Shown here piece by piece: positions 24,589 to 33,345 of a DNA stretch of 33,701 nt (the first letter of the stretch is position 1; the number at the start of each line of letters is the position of its first letter). The position numbers and the translations under genes were made by a program. Source of the DNA: Methanobacteriota archaeon (GTDB lineage Archaea; Thermoplasmatota; Poseidoniia; Poseidoniales; Poseidoniaceae); NCBI GenBank assembly GCA_002707335.2, contig PAMN02000015.1, positions 1 to 33,701 on the forward strand, in the 5' to 3' direction. Below the pieces are notes generated by a model. That model did not search any database. It was not told the DNA's origin and worked only from the letters and a program-made list of their open reading frames with translations.

Positions 24589-25200
24589 TCACACAGGTGA
24601 AAAATCATCACCTTCATCTCCTTCAATAATTCTGTTAATTACGCTTGGCAAACCAAGATGCTCATTGACCTGAAATAGTCTTGCACCTACTGCCCATCCT
24701 GCACCCATGTCGGAGTTTCTGTCTCCCACCATTAAATCTAACTCATTTATTGGCACAGGTTTATCTGCAAACCAATTTACATCTTCATGTGATGCTCCTC
24801 TTAACAAATTAGACCCAGCAAACAACATTCCTGGTTTAGGTTTTCTACAATTACATCCGTCCCTATTTCTGTGAGGGCAAGTGATGATTGCTTCTATATG
24901 TCCAATCTCTTCTATGAGTTTTTGGTGGATGAGTTTCAATTGTTTTTCGTCCCAAAGTCCACGCATTATTGCAGATTGGTTAGTCACTATTACAATCTTG
25001 TAACCTAGTTTTCGTAAGCTAAGAATCGATTCCTTAACTCCGTCGATAATGTTCAGTTCTTCTGGAGAATTGATGTAGTTTGGGCTACCGTAATTCAAAA
25101 CCCCATCCCGGTCTAAGTAGGCAATAGCCCCGTTCCAATTATCAAAATTTTGATCGTAATTTTCGATAACTGGCCCTCTCATAATGCAACGCAAAAACAT
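24589..25200 (-). CDS. HAD-IIIA phosphatase (D,D-heptose-1,7-bisphosphate phosphatase GmhB / histidinol-phosphatase-like)
   Basis: Contains 'AYLDRDGVLN' (DxDGT/V nucleophile motif), 'VIVTNQS', the Zn-loop 'CPHRNRDGCNCRKPKPGM' and 'VGDRNSDMGAG'. The start is ATG 25200 or ATG 25182. Its stop lies 3 nt before the tiaS start. Confidence 0.8.
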   Translation of the reverse strand: MFLRCIMRGPVIENYDQNFDNWNGAIAYLDRDGVLNYGSPNYINSPEELNIIDGVKESILSLRKLGYKIVIVTNQSAIMRGLWDEKQLKLIHQKLIEEIGHIEAIITCPHRNRDGCNCRKPKPGMLFAGSNLLRGASHEDVNWFADKPVPINELDLMVGDRNSDMGAGWAVGARLFQVNEHLGLPSVINRIIEGDEGDDFSPV

Positions 25201-25257
25201 CGAGGATATTTGACTTAAGGCAAACCGCTTTGACTGTTAGCGACATAGCAGGTGTTA

Positions 25258-26184
25258 ATGGCGGCCGATTTATTGCTCGATAGAGCTATCGCGACACCTC
25301 TTGGTGTAGTTGGAATGGTGATATTGTTCGCAACATGGAAGTCAAAGTCTGGAAAATTCGAATACCTAGCTCCACTAGGTTGGGTGTTAACTGGATTGTA
25401 TTTTTTTAATGACGCATGGTTTTATGCATCAAAAGAAGATATAATTTTGACAGTGATGTCCGGGCTTACATTACCCGGAGCAATAGCTATCTCTGTTTGG
25501 GAAAGAAGAGTAACTGAAGAATCAGATGCTAAGGCTCTAAGATGGTTCCGTGGCGCTGTATCAGTGGCAGGCCTGCCCTACATTTTGATAGCCCATGTAC
25601 CTATTTTGAATGTGTTAGCAATTTGGTTTGTCGCATGGCAATCTGCAGCATTTCTGTCATTTGCGGGTGGTTCTAAAGTAACCCTAGGCGATACATATGC
25701 TAGACCGGCAAATGGTGAAGAGGTTTTGTGGGAATCTTGGGAAGGAAATAAGTGGTTTTTGACCGAAGAAATGTCTGAATATTCATTCCATACTGAACTA
25801 TTAGTGAACGGTGAACCAATATTCATCAATTTCGTATTGGCTTGTACTGCAATTCAATCCATCATAATATTCGTTGGTGCTATATCGGTATTGGAAGTTG
25901 ACTGGAGAAAAAGAGTTAGAGCATTATTTATCGCATTGTCGTTGATTCATATTCTAAATTTATTTAGAAATGCTGGATTAATTTGGCTTCAAATGGGATA
26001 TCCGAATTGGAATTGGATGAATATGTCAATTTTCGAGTTTGGGCATTCCTACGCTTCTCGTTTTGTATCCTTATTTGCAATGTTCTTACTTGCTTTGGTG
26101 TTATTTGAAATGCTGCCGCAAATGCATAAGCATGTTCTCCGATTGTTAAGACCTCTTGGATTTGCACCAAAATTACGAAAGTAA
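25258..26184 (+). CDS. Archaeosortase/exosortase-family polytopic membrane protein (ArtA-like)
   Basis: Multi-TM protein with Cys in 'FVLACTAIQS' and Arg in 'ILNLFRNAGL' 41 residues later; from memory, that is the Cys-Arg spacing of the catalytic pair in Haloferax ArtA. 'FGHSYASRF' follows. ATG 25258 is preferred over GTG 25252. Confidence 0.6.
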   Translation: MAADLLLDRAIATPLGVVGMVILFATWKSKSGKFEYLAPLGWVLTGLYFFNDAWFYASKEDIILTVMSGLTLPGAIAISVWERRVTEESDAKALRWFRGAVSVAGLPYILIAHVPILNVLAIWFVAWQSAAFLSFAGGSKVTLGDTYARPANGEEVLWESWEGNKWFLTEEMSEYSFHTELLVNGEPIFINFVLACTAIQSIIIFVGAISVLEVDWRKRVRALFIALSLIHILNLFRNAGLIWLQMGYPNWNWMNMSIFEFGHSYASRFVSLFAMFLLALVLFEMLPQMHKHVLRLLRPLGFAPKLRK

Positions 26185-26185
26185 T

Positions 26186-29100
26186 TCAAGAACTCCGTCG
26201 CTTCTTTCCACCTATTCTGAGTTCAGTTTTCAGCGGCATTTGATGTTCCCAGGCAAATTCCTTCACGATTCTCCAACCCTTTTCAGAACCTTCATAATCA
26301 GTAACATCGATTGTTTTGTCTCGTGTATTAGCTTTGAATGCTGCAACAGGTTCTGCATTGTGAAATACTAGGTAAGCGCTTCCAAATCCAAATCTTTGTT
26401 TTAGGACATCAGCGAAATAGGGAGCTATTGGATCGGATGGTGGTAACACAAAATCCCTGATGGGAGGGACATTTTTTGCATCCTCTAGCAAATCTTTCTT
26501 ACCCCAACAAACTTCCATCAAATCTTTTATCAGGAATCCTTTAATCAATGTGTCATCGTCTTCAAATTCCGTTAATATTGCCTTCAATTCTTCCGGCTTG
26601 AAAGGTGTTCCTGCGAGTTTTATGAATTGTTTCAATGTTATGACTGGATAATCTGACACCAACCTCCTAAGGTATTCTTTTCTAAGTAACACTGGATCTA
26701 GACCTCGTCTTGGCGCTACAGAACGGAATCCTCCTCTGTAGTCTTGAACCATATGACCACTACGTAATAGTGGCTGTATTAGTTTCCTAAACTCTGCTCG
26801 TTTCATAGCATGTCTTTCCATGAATAAGTTAGGGTCGCTATTTGTTTCGAAGAATTCCAAAACGTCCAAAAGGTCTTCATCAGGTTCCATTCCCCTGATT
26901 GCCAAAAGTGTAGAGAAATGGTCATAAGATGCCCAAACTTGATGTCCACGAAGGTTTATTCCCTGATGTAATTGGTGGGCACTAGCCATATTTTTTAGAC
27001 TCACTCTATACAATTCAGATCTCCCTCGCAAACCAAAATCATCCCTTACTTCCTGTAGGCTGGTTAATGCTTCGATTTCATTTTCAAGTCTGGAATTTTG
27101 GTGTAAATGATGCCGATGGAATAATGCTCTTTCTGCAATTTCTTTTGGTTGGGGGTCAACTATGCCACCACGTATCATTCGCTCGCCTGCTAACTTAAAT
27201 CCAATAGACTCTAAGGCATTTTTCGAATCTCTTTCCAACTCTGTTACTGGAACGCCATTGAATTGAGATAGGACTGCAACATCTACTAACTGATCAGAGT
27301 GATTCTCAAGTAATTTTTCAAATGCAATACAGAACTCATCAAGATATGCATACGGTATGTGCATATCTTTAATTTCAAGATAATCGTTTACCTTGAACAT
27401 CAGTACTTTGCCAACAGGGTCAACACCCTTGAAAACTGGTAAATACCATCCTCTATCCAATATTGATCTTACTTCCCAGATAAATCTAGATACATAAGGA
27501 TCGGACTGGGTTAGAATTCTTAGTGACCTCTCTTCCTTTGATGGATGTGATAGCATTTTGACTTCTTCGGGTATTACATAAAATGCTTCAGGCTCAGGAA
27601 CCAATGCCATTACTTTCGAAATCTCTCCACGGTTTTCCAAATTCCTTAATGCAAGAGCAAGCTCTTCCACACTTCGAGATACATAATAACGCAATGTGAA
27701 TGCTTTTACTGGACCAATGCGTTTGATAATTTCTACCAATGAGTCTTCAAAAGACATTGGGTCATAGACATCAATTACTCTATGGAACAGTGAAAGTCTT
27801 CTTCTCCTTCCAACAACATCTTCAAATTGTTTTACTATGCATAATTGTCTTTCTAGATTGCTAATTGCATTTTTCAAATCTCTCTGCAATGATTTATGTT
27901 CTTCACCTTTAGGGAAATCTGCAAGTATTTCCTGTCGAGTAAGATTTTCTCCCTTGGGAATTTTTTCTAATATCAGCTTCTCCATTTCACCGAGCCAAGG
28001 TTCTGGTTTTAATCCCAATAACATTGGAAGATTTTCGCTAGTCGTATAACCAATTCTATTGTGTAGCAATCTTCCCATTATTACATCAGTGTCTAACTGC
28101 AGATCTTTCCAATCTGCATATCTGAAATCTTTGACCCTATACATCATTTCTTGTTGCTTTTGGAATAAAATATGATTATTAAATGCGCTAAATCCATCAT
28201 CATGCTGCTTGAAAGATTTCTGCATAACTAAATTTTGAATCCACCTGTATTCTAATACTTCTTCATCTCCTCCAGTGATTCGATGCTCATCTACTTTCAA
28301 GATATATTCTGCATCATCAGTTTGCTTGTAGAAGCCGACAGACAGAACGTTCCGCATTTCGAGTTCATGAAGGATAGAATCAATTTGACCTTGTGGGAAT
28401 GGTAATCTGTCGTTAATGTATTCTCCAGTTCTTGGTCCTTCACTACCTAACATCTCTATGATTTTGACACGAAGAGCTTCATGTGGGTCAGATATTCCTA
28501 TCTTTACCCATTTAGTGGGATTCAATCCATCATATTCAACTGATATTTCAAAATTCAAATCTTTGGTATACAAGTCTCTTATATCGGTTAAGTCCTTGCC
28601 CCCAGCACCTGCTATACAACCAAGTGTTCCATGTATTTCTGCCATGTAATCAGCAAACCATTTGTCATCGAGTTCTTTCGAACCAGTGGATTTAATTTTT
28701 CTGATTTTATCTTCTGCAGCCAATTCTTTAACCCATTTTTCTATTGTAGAATGTTCGATTCCTTTCAATTTTTCTTGATACAAAGGATTTTCCCAATTCC
28801 TATCAAGACCTCCGCCCTTCTTCATCAAATCCAACAATTCATTGGCTGAAGTAGGCTTAGGTACTTTGTCTGAATAATATTCCTGCAATTGGTCGTCTGT
28901 CAATTCAGTAGCAAGGCTTCGATTTCCTAGTAGCCTTCTCAATATTTCAGGATCAATGTCTTTGACTAGGAATGCTCGAGTTTTCATTGAAAGTAAATCT
29001 TCGAATGAACTCATGTATAGGCTCATACCTAGTTTTGAGGGTACTACTACCTTAGAATGGACGATGCGGGTCTCAGAATTCATACTTGATTCCAAGAATG

Positions 29101-31477
29101 AAGATAATGATTTAATATCGATGTCACCAAACAAAATTTCATTCTTTGCTTCCTTTATCAATAACGAATCTTCTATAGAACGATGCCTTTGGAGAAGAGA
29201 ATCCGCTCTTTGTTGAAATTGCTGTGGACTGACTTCCTCTGCTCCAATTCGTTTGGGTATAATCAAAGACCTTCCAGCAACTTCTCTGAATCTTTTTGCA
29301 AATATCTGAGTGTTTACTATGTATCTTTCAATAACCTCTATGTGATTGTTAGAACGGAACGAATCTAGCATCTCAGCGGGGTCAATAGATTGACTTGTCT
29401 TGAAAAGTAATCCATTTTCATCAAATGATAACTCCAAAACTGCGATACCAGATTGTTCTGCCAATCCTGCCATGAAGTAACCAAATGCTGTATTGAATCC
29501 CCTGCCTCTACAAGATGTAATCATGTAAGTTGGCATGCCGCCACTAACTACTTCTTCTATAATGATACGATTTGGATCGGGAACTTGGAATGAATCAAGA
29601 GTATGTTCTTGTAAATGACGAGCGATTGTATTTGCAACTCCTTCACTTAAACCATATACGTCTTTCAGAATGAGTAGAGGATCGAATTGTTTCCTAAGTG
29701 CGTTAACAGTATGACCTATCAAATCCAACAGGGCTTTCGATAGTTCTCTAGAACGACCCCTTGCTTCTCCGCTCCATGAGGGTACAGTTGGCCTATATCC
29801 TGTAACAGTGGTAACATTTACTCTTGTTCCTTGAATATTCGTAACTCTGTATGTGGAGCCACCCAATAGTATGACGTCGCCATTTCTTAAATTTGCAACG
29901 AATGATGAAGATAGTTGCCCTAGTATACTACCTTCAGCGTTGAATACTAGATACGAATTGTCTGGTGCAATTGTACCTATATTTGTGTAGTAAATCATTC
30001 TAGAGTATCCTCTCTTGCCGTATAGATTCTCTTCCCAATCAATCCATACTCTTCTTTCATCATCCAACATATCCAATACTTCGATAAATTCATCATAATC
30101 CAGATTTCTATATGACCATGTACTCTTCACAATTTCAAATGCTTCATCGATGTCCCTGTCGTTGATAATAACCAATCCAATAAGATATTGTGCTAAAACA
30201 TCGAGACAATTTTCTGGGAAATCCAATCTATCCATGTCACCAGTTTGAATAGCAGCCTGTAAAGCAGCTAGTTCCATTAAATCATCAACATTTGATGGCA
30301 AAAATCTCGCTCTGGGTATTCCACCAACATGGTGCCCTGCTCTTCCGATTCTTTGCAACGCTGTTGCTATATCCCCTGGCGAACCAACTTGAACGACCAT
30401 ATCAACGGAACCAATGTCTATTCCCATTTCTAATGAAGAAGATGTCACTACTGCACGAAGATGTCCTAATTTCAACTTCCTTTCAACATCTAGCCTAATT
30501 CTTTTGTCCATGGATCCATGATGCCCAGCGATTAAATCTCCTAAATATGGTCTTAACTTTTGAACGAGGGTTTCAGTCATCTTTCTTGTGTTAGCAAAAA
30601 CTAGGGTAGTTGTATGCGCACTGATTAAATCAGCAATCATCTCAACATTCATTTCCAAGACTTTCATAACAGATAATTCACTAAATTTAGGGGAACATAA
30701 CAAAATGTCAAGATCTAATTCTCTCGCTCCGCTTATTTTTGCTATTTTTACTGGTTGTCCAGAATTTCTAGTTTCTCTATCATCACTAGCCACTAGATAT
30801 TCAGCTACCGTCTCTAAGGGCTCCATTGTAGCAGAGATTCCAATTCGTTGAACTGGGTTTTGTAAGATTGTATCTAATAGCGAAATAGTTAGGGCGAGAT
30901 GGACTCCTCTCTTTGTAGGAACAAGTGAATGCATTTCATCTATAATTATCCATTTAACTTCAGATACAATAGGCTGGAATTTCGGTGATGAGATTGCGAT
31001 TGCCATACTTTCTGGAGTTGTGATGAGAATGTGGGGTGGCTTTCGCAGCATTTTTTGGCGTTCAGATTGTGGAGTATCTCCAGTTCTGAGACCGACTCTT
31101 ATTTTTCCTTGTGCTCTGTCAGGTAGATACTTCTCTTCCAGTTCAGTTAATGGCCCAATCAAATTCTTTTGGATATCATTTGCAAGTGCTTTGATTGGTG
31201 ATATGTACAAACAATATACTTTGTTATCCAGTTTACCATCCATTGCTTTTCTGACCAAATCATCGATTATCGTCAAGAAAGCAGTCAATGTTTTACCTGA
31301 ACCAGTTGGTGAACACAGTAATAGATGGTCTCCATCCATTATGGATGGAATAGCTAATTTTTGTGGTGCGGTAAAATCTGGAAACTTATCTTTAAACCAG
31401 TTACGAACAGGTTGGCATAATTTCTCAAATAATTCATCGGATTCTAATGGTGAATCCAAATACGAGATTTTTGCCAT
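26186..31477 (-). CDS. lhr: Lhr-family superfamily-2 helicase (Lhr-Core) with a ~900-aa C-terminal extension containing tandem winged-helix/AlkZ-like modules
   Basis: Motif I 'CSPTGSGKT', motif II 'IIDEMH', motif III 'ISATM' and motif VI 'LQRIGRAGH'. The Lhr-specific DEAD-associated region is 'GDVILLGGSTYRVTNIQGTRVNVTTVTGYRPTVPSWSGE'. The C-terminal half has two similar modules ending in 'LRILTQSDPYVSRF' (around nt 27523) and 'DFVLPPSDPIAPYF' (around nt 26455). Confidence 0.9.
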   Translation of the reverse strand: MAKISYLDSPLESDELFEKLCQPVRNWFKDKFPDFTAPQKLAIPSIMDGDHLLLCSPTGSGKTLTAFLTIIDDLVRKAMDGKLDNKVYCLYISPIKALANDIQKNLIGPLTELEEKYLPDRAQGKIRVGLRTGDTPQSERQKMLRKPPHILITTPESMAIAISSPKFQPIVSEVKWIIIDEMHSLVPTKRGVHLALTISLLDTILQNPVQRIGISATMEPLETVAEYLVASDDRETRNSGQPVKIAKISGARELDLDILLCSPKFSELSVMKVLEMNVEMIADLISAHTTTLVFANTRKMTETLVQKLRPYLGDLIAGHHGSMDKRIRLDVERKLKLGHLRAVVTSSSLEMGIDIGSVDMVVQVGSPGDIATALQRIGRAGHHVGGIPRARFLPSNVDDLMELAALQAAIQTGDMDRLDFPENCLDVLAQYLIGLVIINDRDIDEAFEIVKSTWSYRNLDYDEFIEVLDMLDDERRVWIDWEENLYGKRGYSRMIYYTNIGTIAPDNSYLVFNAEGSILGQLSSSFVANLRNGDVILLGGSTYRVTNIQGTRVNVTTVTGYRPTVPSWSGEARGRSRELSKALLDLIGHTVNALRKQFDPLLILKDVYGLSEGVANTIARHLQEHTLDSFQVPDPNRIIIEEVVSGGMPTYMITSCRGRGFNTAFGYFMAGLAEQSGIAVLELSFDENGLLFKTSQSIDPAEMLDSFRSNNHIEVIERYIVNTQIFAKRFREVAGRSLIIPKRIGAEEVSPQQFQQRADSLLQRHRSIEDSLLIKEAKNEILFGDIDIKSLSSFLESSMNSETRIVHSKVVVPSKLGMSLYMSSFEDLLSMKTRAFLVKDIDPEILRRLLGNRSLATELTDDQLQEYYSDKVPKPTSANELLDLMKKGGGLDRNWENPLYQEKLKGIEHSTIEKWVKELAAEDKIRKIKSTGSKELDDKWFADYMAEIHGTLGCIAGAGGKDLTDIRDLYTKDLNFEISVEYDGLNPTKWVKIGISDPHEALRVKIIEMLGSEGPRTGEYINDRLPFPQGQIDSILHELEMRNVLSVGFYKQTDDAEYILKVDEHRITGGDEEVLEYRWIQNLVMQKSFKQHDDGFSAFNNHILFQKQQEMMYRVKDFRYADWKDLQLDTDVIMGRLLHNRIGYTTSENLPMLLGLKPEPWLGEMEKLILEKIPKGENLTRQEILADFPKGEEHKSLQRDLKNAISNLERQLCIVKQFEDVVGRRRRLSLFHRVIDVYDPMSFEDSLVEIIKRIGPVKAFTLRYYVSRSVEELALALRNLENRGEISKVMALVPEPEAFYVIPEEVKMLSHPSKEERSLRILTQSDPYVSRFIWEVRSILDRGWYLPVFKGVDPVGKVLMFKVNDYLEIKDMHIPYAYLDEFCIAFEKLLENHSDQLVDVAVLSQFNGVPVTELERDSKNALESIGFKLAGERMIRGGIVDPQPKEIAERALFHRHHLHQNSRLENEIEALTSLQEVRDDFGLRGRSELYRVSLKNMASAHQLHQGINLRGHQVWASYDHFSTLLAIRGMEPDEDLLDVLEFFETNSDPNLFMERHAMKRAEFRKLIQPLLRSGHMVQDYRGGFRSVAPRRGLDPVLLRKEYLRRLVSDYPVITLKQFIKLAGTPFKPEELKAILTEFEDDDTLIKGFLIKDLMEVCWGKKDLLEDAKNVPPIRDFVLPPSDPIAPYFADVLKQRFGFGSAYLVFHNAEPVAAFKANTRDKTIDVTDYEGSEKGWRIVKEFAWEHQMPLKTELRIGGKKRRSS

Positions 31478-31535
31478 AATAATTCTCTCACTCTGATAGG
31501 CTTGCAGCGTATGTGATGAGTAATTGAATGTTTTG

Positions 31536-31546
31536 TTTTTATAATA
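31536..31546. promoter_or_regulatory. TATA-box-like element (TTTTTATAATA) in the lhr/glyS divergent intergenic region
   Basis: Read directly in the sequence. It matches the archaeal TTTAWATA consensus. It lies ~60 nt upstream of the lhr ATG and ~90 nt upstream of the glyS ATG, so the gene assignment is uncertain. Confidence 0.3.
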
Positions 31547-31633
31547 GTGAGTTTTTATCTTCTATGTCACATTTTATGCTTTTTCGAGTATTTTTTCAGA
31601 TTAACTCATTTAGTTCATAGGTTTGGAAAGTTC

Positions 31634-33307
31634 ATGATGGAGTTTTCTTCTGAACGGTTGTCGAGATTAAGCGGCATGCTGAAAAGAAGAGGTATAATCC
31701 TACCTGCATTCGAAATTCATGGCGGTGTTGCCGGATTATATGATTTTGGACCTGTTGGTGGTCGTTTGAGAAATAAAGTCCTCCAATCGTGGATTAATCA
31801 TTGGCAGTCTCTAGGAAATATCGTTGAAATCTCATGCCCGACCGTAACACCTTTTCCTGTTTTAGAAGCAAGTGGCCACGTGGGTGAGTTCAGTGATTTT
31901 CTAACCGAATGTTTTGATTGCAACGAAGCAAGTAGAGCAGACCACTTAGTTGAAGAATTTTATCCTAATGCTGATTCTTTAACAAAGGGTGAACTCGCAG
32001 AATTAATTGAGAAAAACCAGCCTAAATGTCCTAGTTGTGGCGGTAACAATTGGGGAGAACTGAAATCTCAAAATTTGATGTTTGATACAAAAATTGGAGT
32101 TGGTTCTTCTGCGAGGGAAGGATTTTTGCGACCTGAGACTGCTCAAGGTATGTTTACTTCTTTTCTTCCTTTATATCGTCATTTTCGTGAAAGGTTACCG
32201 TTCGGTGCAATACAAACCGGAAAAGGTTACAGGAATGAAATAAGTCCAAGACAAGGAATGATCAGATTAAGAGAATTCAACATGGCTGAACTTGAATACT
32301 TCATCGATCCTGAAGCAGAAATTAACCATGATTTTTCATCAATAGATTTTCAATTAAGACTTGTTCCAGGTGACGGTAAACAGATAGATTCGAATATTAC
32401 AACGGCTATAGAAAATGGTACAGTGAGGCATGCTACTGTAGGGTATTTCATGGCTCTGACCTACAAATTTTTAACAGACATTGGAATTAATTCTGAGCAC
32501 ATTAGATTTAGACAACATTTAGACACTGAAATGGCACATTATGCACAAGATTGCTGGGACGCTGAAATTTTTGGGTCATATGGCTGGATTGAATGTGTTG
32601 GAATTGCTCATCGAGGTTGCTATGACCTTGAAGCACATGAGAAAGCCACCGGTCAAAGAATGAGAGCATGGCGGCTTTTCGAAGAACCCAAGATAATCGA
32701 AAAAGATGGATGGACAATTGATGGTGCTAAAGCAGGTCCTGCGTTTAGACAGTTAGCAGGTAAGGTAAAACAATTTGTAGAAGATTTAGATGCTGATTGT
32801 AATTTCCCGATGACAGTAGAAATCGATGGTTCAGATGTTGAAATCTCCGATGAACATGTAAAACGCGTCAATACAAAAGAAACAGTATCTGGTGAATGGT
32901 TTATACCTCACGTTGTTGAGCCGGCTTTCGGTATTGATAGAATTATTTGGCATCTAATTGACCATTCTTTCAATGAGTTAGAGAAGGAAGAAGAGAGATA
33001 CAACCGATTAGAATTTGCTAATCTGATTGCTCCAATTGATGTTGCAGTCCTTCCATTATTTGAAAAAGATGGTATGGGGAAAATGGCTCTTGAAATTCAT
33101 AAAAAACTTTGCGCTATGCCAAATGTGTTCTCAATATATGACGGAAGTGGCTCTATCGGCAGAAGATATGCGAGAGCTGATGAAATTGGAGTTCCGTATT
33201 GTATAACCGTAGACCATGATTCACTTTCAGATAATTCGGTAACTATTAGGTACCGTGACTCAACCAAACAAGAAAGGCTCCAAATTGAAAATTTACCGTT
33301 TTTCTAA
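31634..33307 (+). CDS. glyS: Glycine-tRNA ligase (archaeal/eukaryotic alpha2 type)
   Basis: Contains 'FEIHGGVAGLYDFGPVGG', 'FLRPETAQG', 'GKGYRNEISPR', 'EPAFGIDR' and the anticodon-binding 'GSIGRRYARADEIGVPYCITVD'. ATG 31634 is preferred; the track's GTG extension (31547) encodes an implausible Phe/Cys-rich leader. Confidence 0.95.
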   Translation: MMEFSSERLSRLSGMLKRRGIILPAFEIHGGVAGLYDFGPVGGRLRNKVLQSWINHWQSLGNIVEISCPTVTPFPVLEASGHVGEFSDFLTECFDCNEASRADHLVEEFYPNADSLTKGELAELIEKNQPKCPSCGGNNWGELKSQNLMFDTKIGVGSSAREGFLRPETAQGMFTSFLPLYRHFRERLPFGAIQTGKGYRNEISPRQGMIRLREFNMAELEYFIDPEAEINHDFSSIDFQLRLVPGDGKQIDSNITTAIENGTVRHATVGYFMALTYKFLTDIGINSEHIRFRQHLDTEMAHYAQDCWDAEIFGSYGWIECVGIAHRGCYDLEAHEKATGQRMRAWRLFEEPKIIEKDGWTIDGAKAGPAFRQLAGKVKQFVEDLDADCNFPMTVEIDGSDVEISDEHVKRVNTKETVSGEWFIPHVVEPAFGIDRIIWHLIDHSFNELEKEEERYNRLEFANLIAPIDVAVLPLFEKDGMGKMALEIHKKLCAMPNVFSIYDGSGSIGRRYARADEIGVPYCITVDHDSLSDNSVTIRYRDSTKQERLQIENLPFF

Positions 33308-33345
33308 AACCAACATTCAAGTGATACCTGTTCTAACAGTTGACT

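Noticed and set aside
31547-33307. Alternative-start extensions in the ORF track, shown here for glyS (GTG 31547-31633). The same applies to kptA 1492, IDI-GGPPS 3422, fusA 7844, dph6 19190, purB 19903, CBS 22001 and archaeosortase-like 25252.
   Set aside because: The extensions encode implausible leaders or overlap neighbouring genes. In each case a downstream ATG aligns with the conserved N-terminus of the family.
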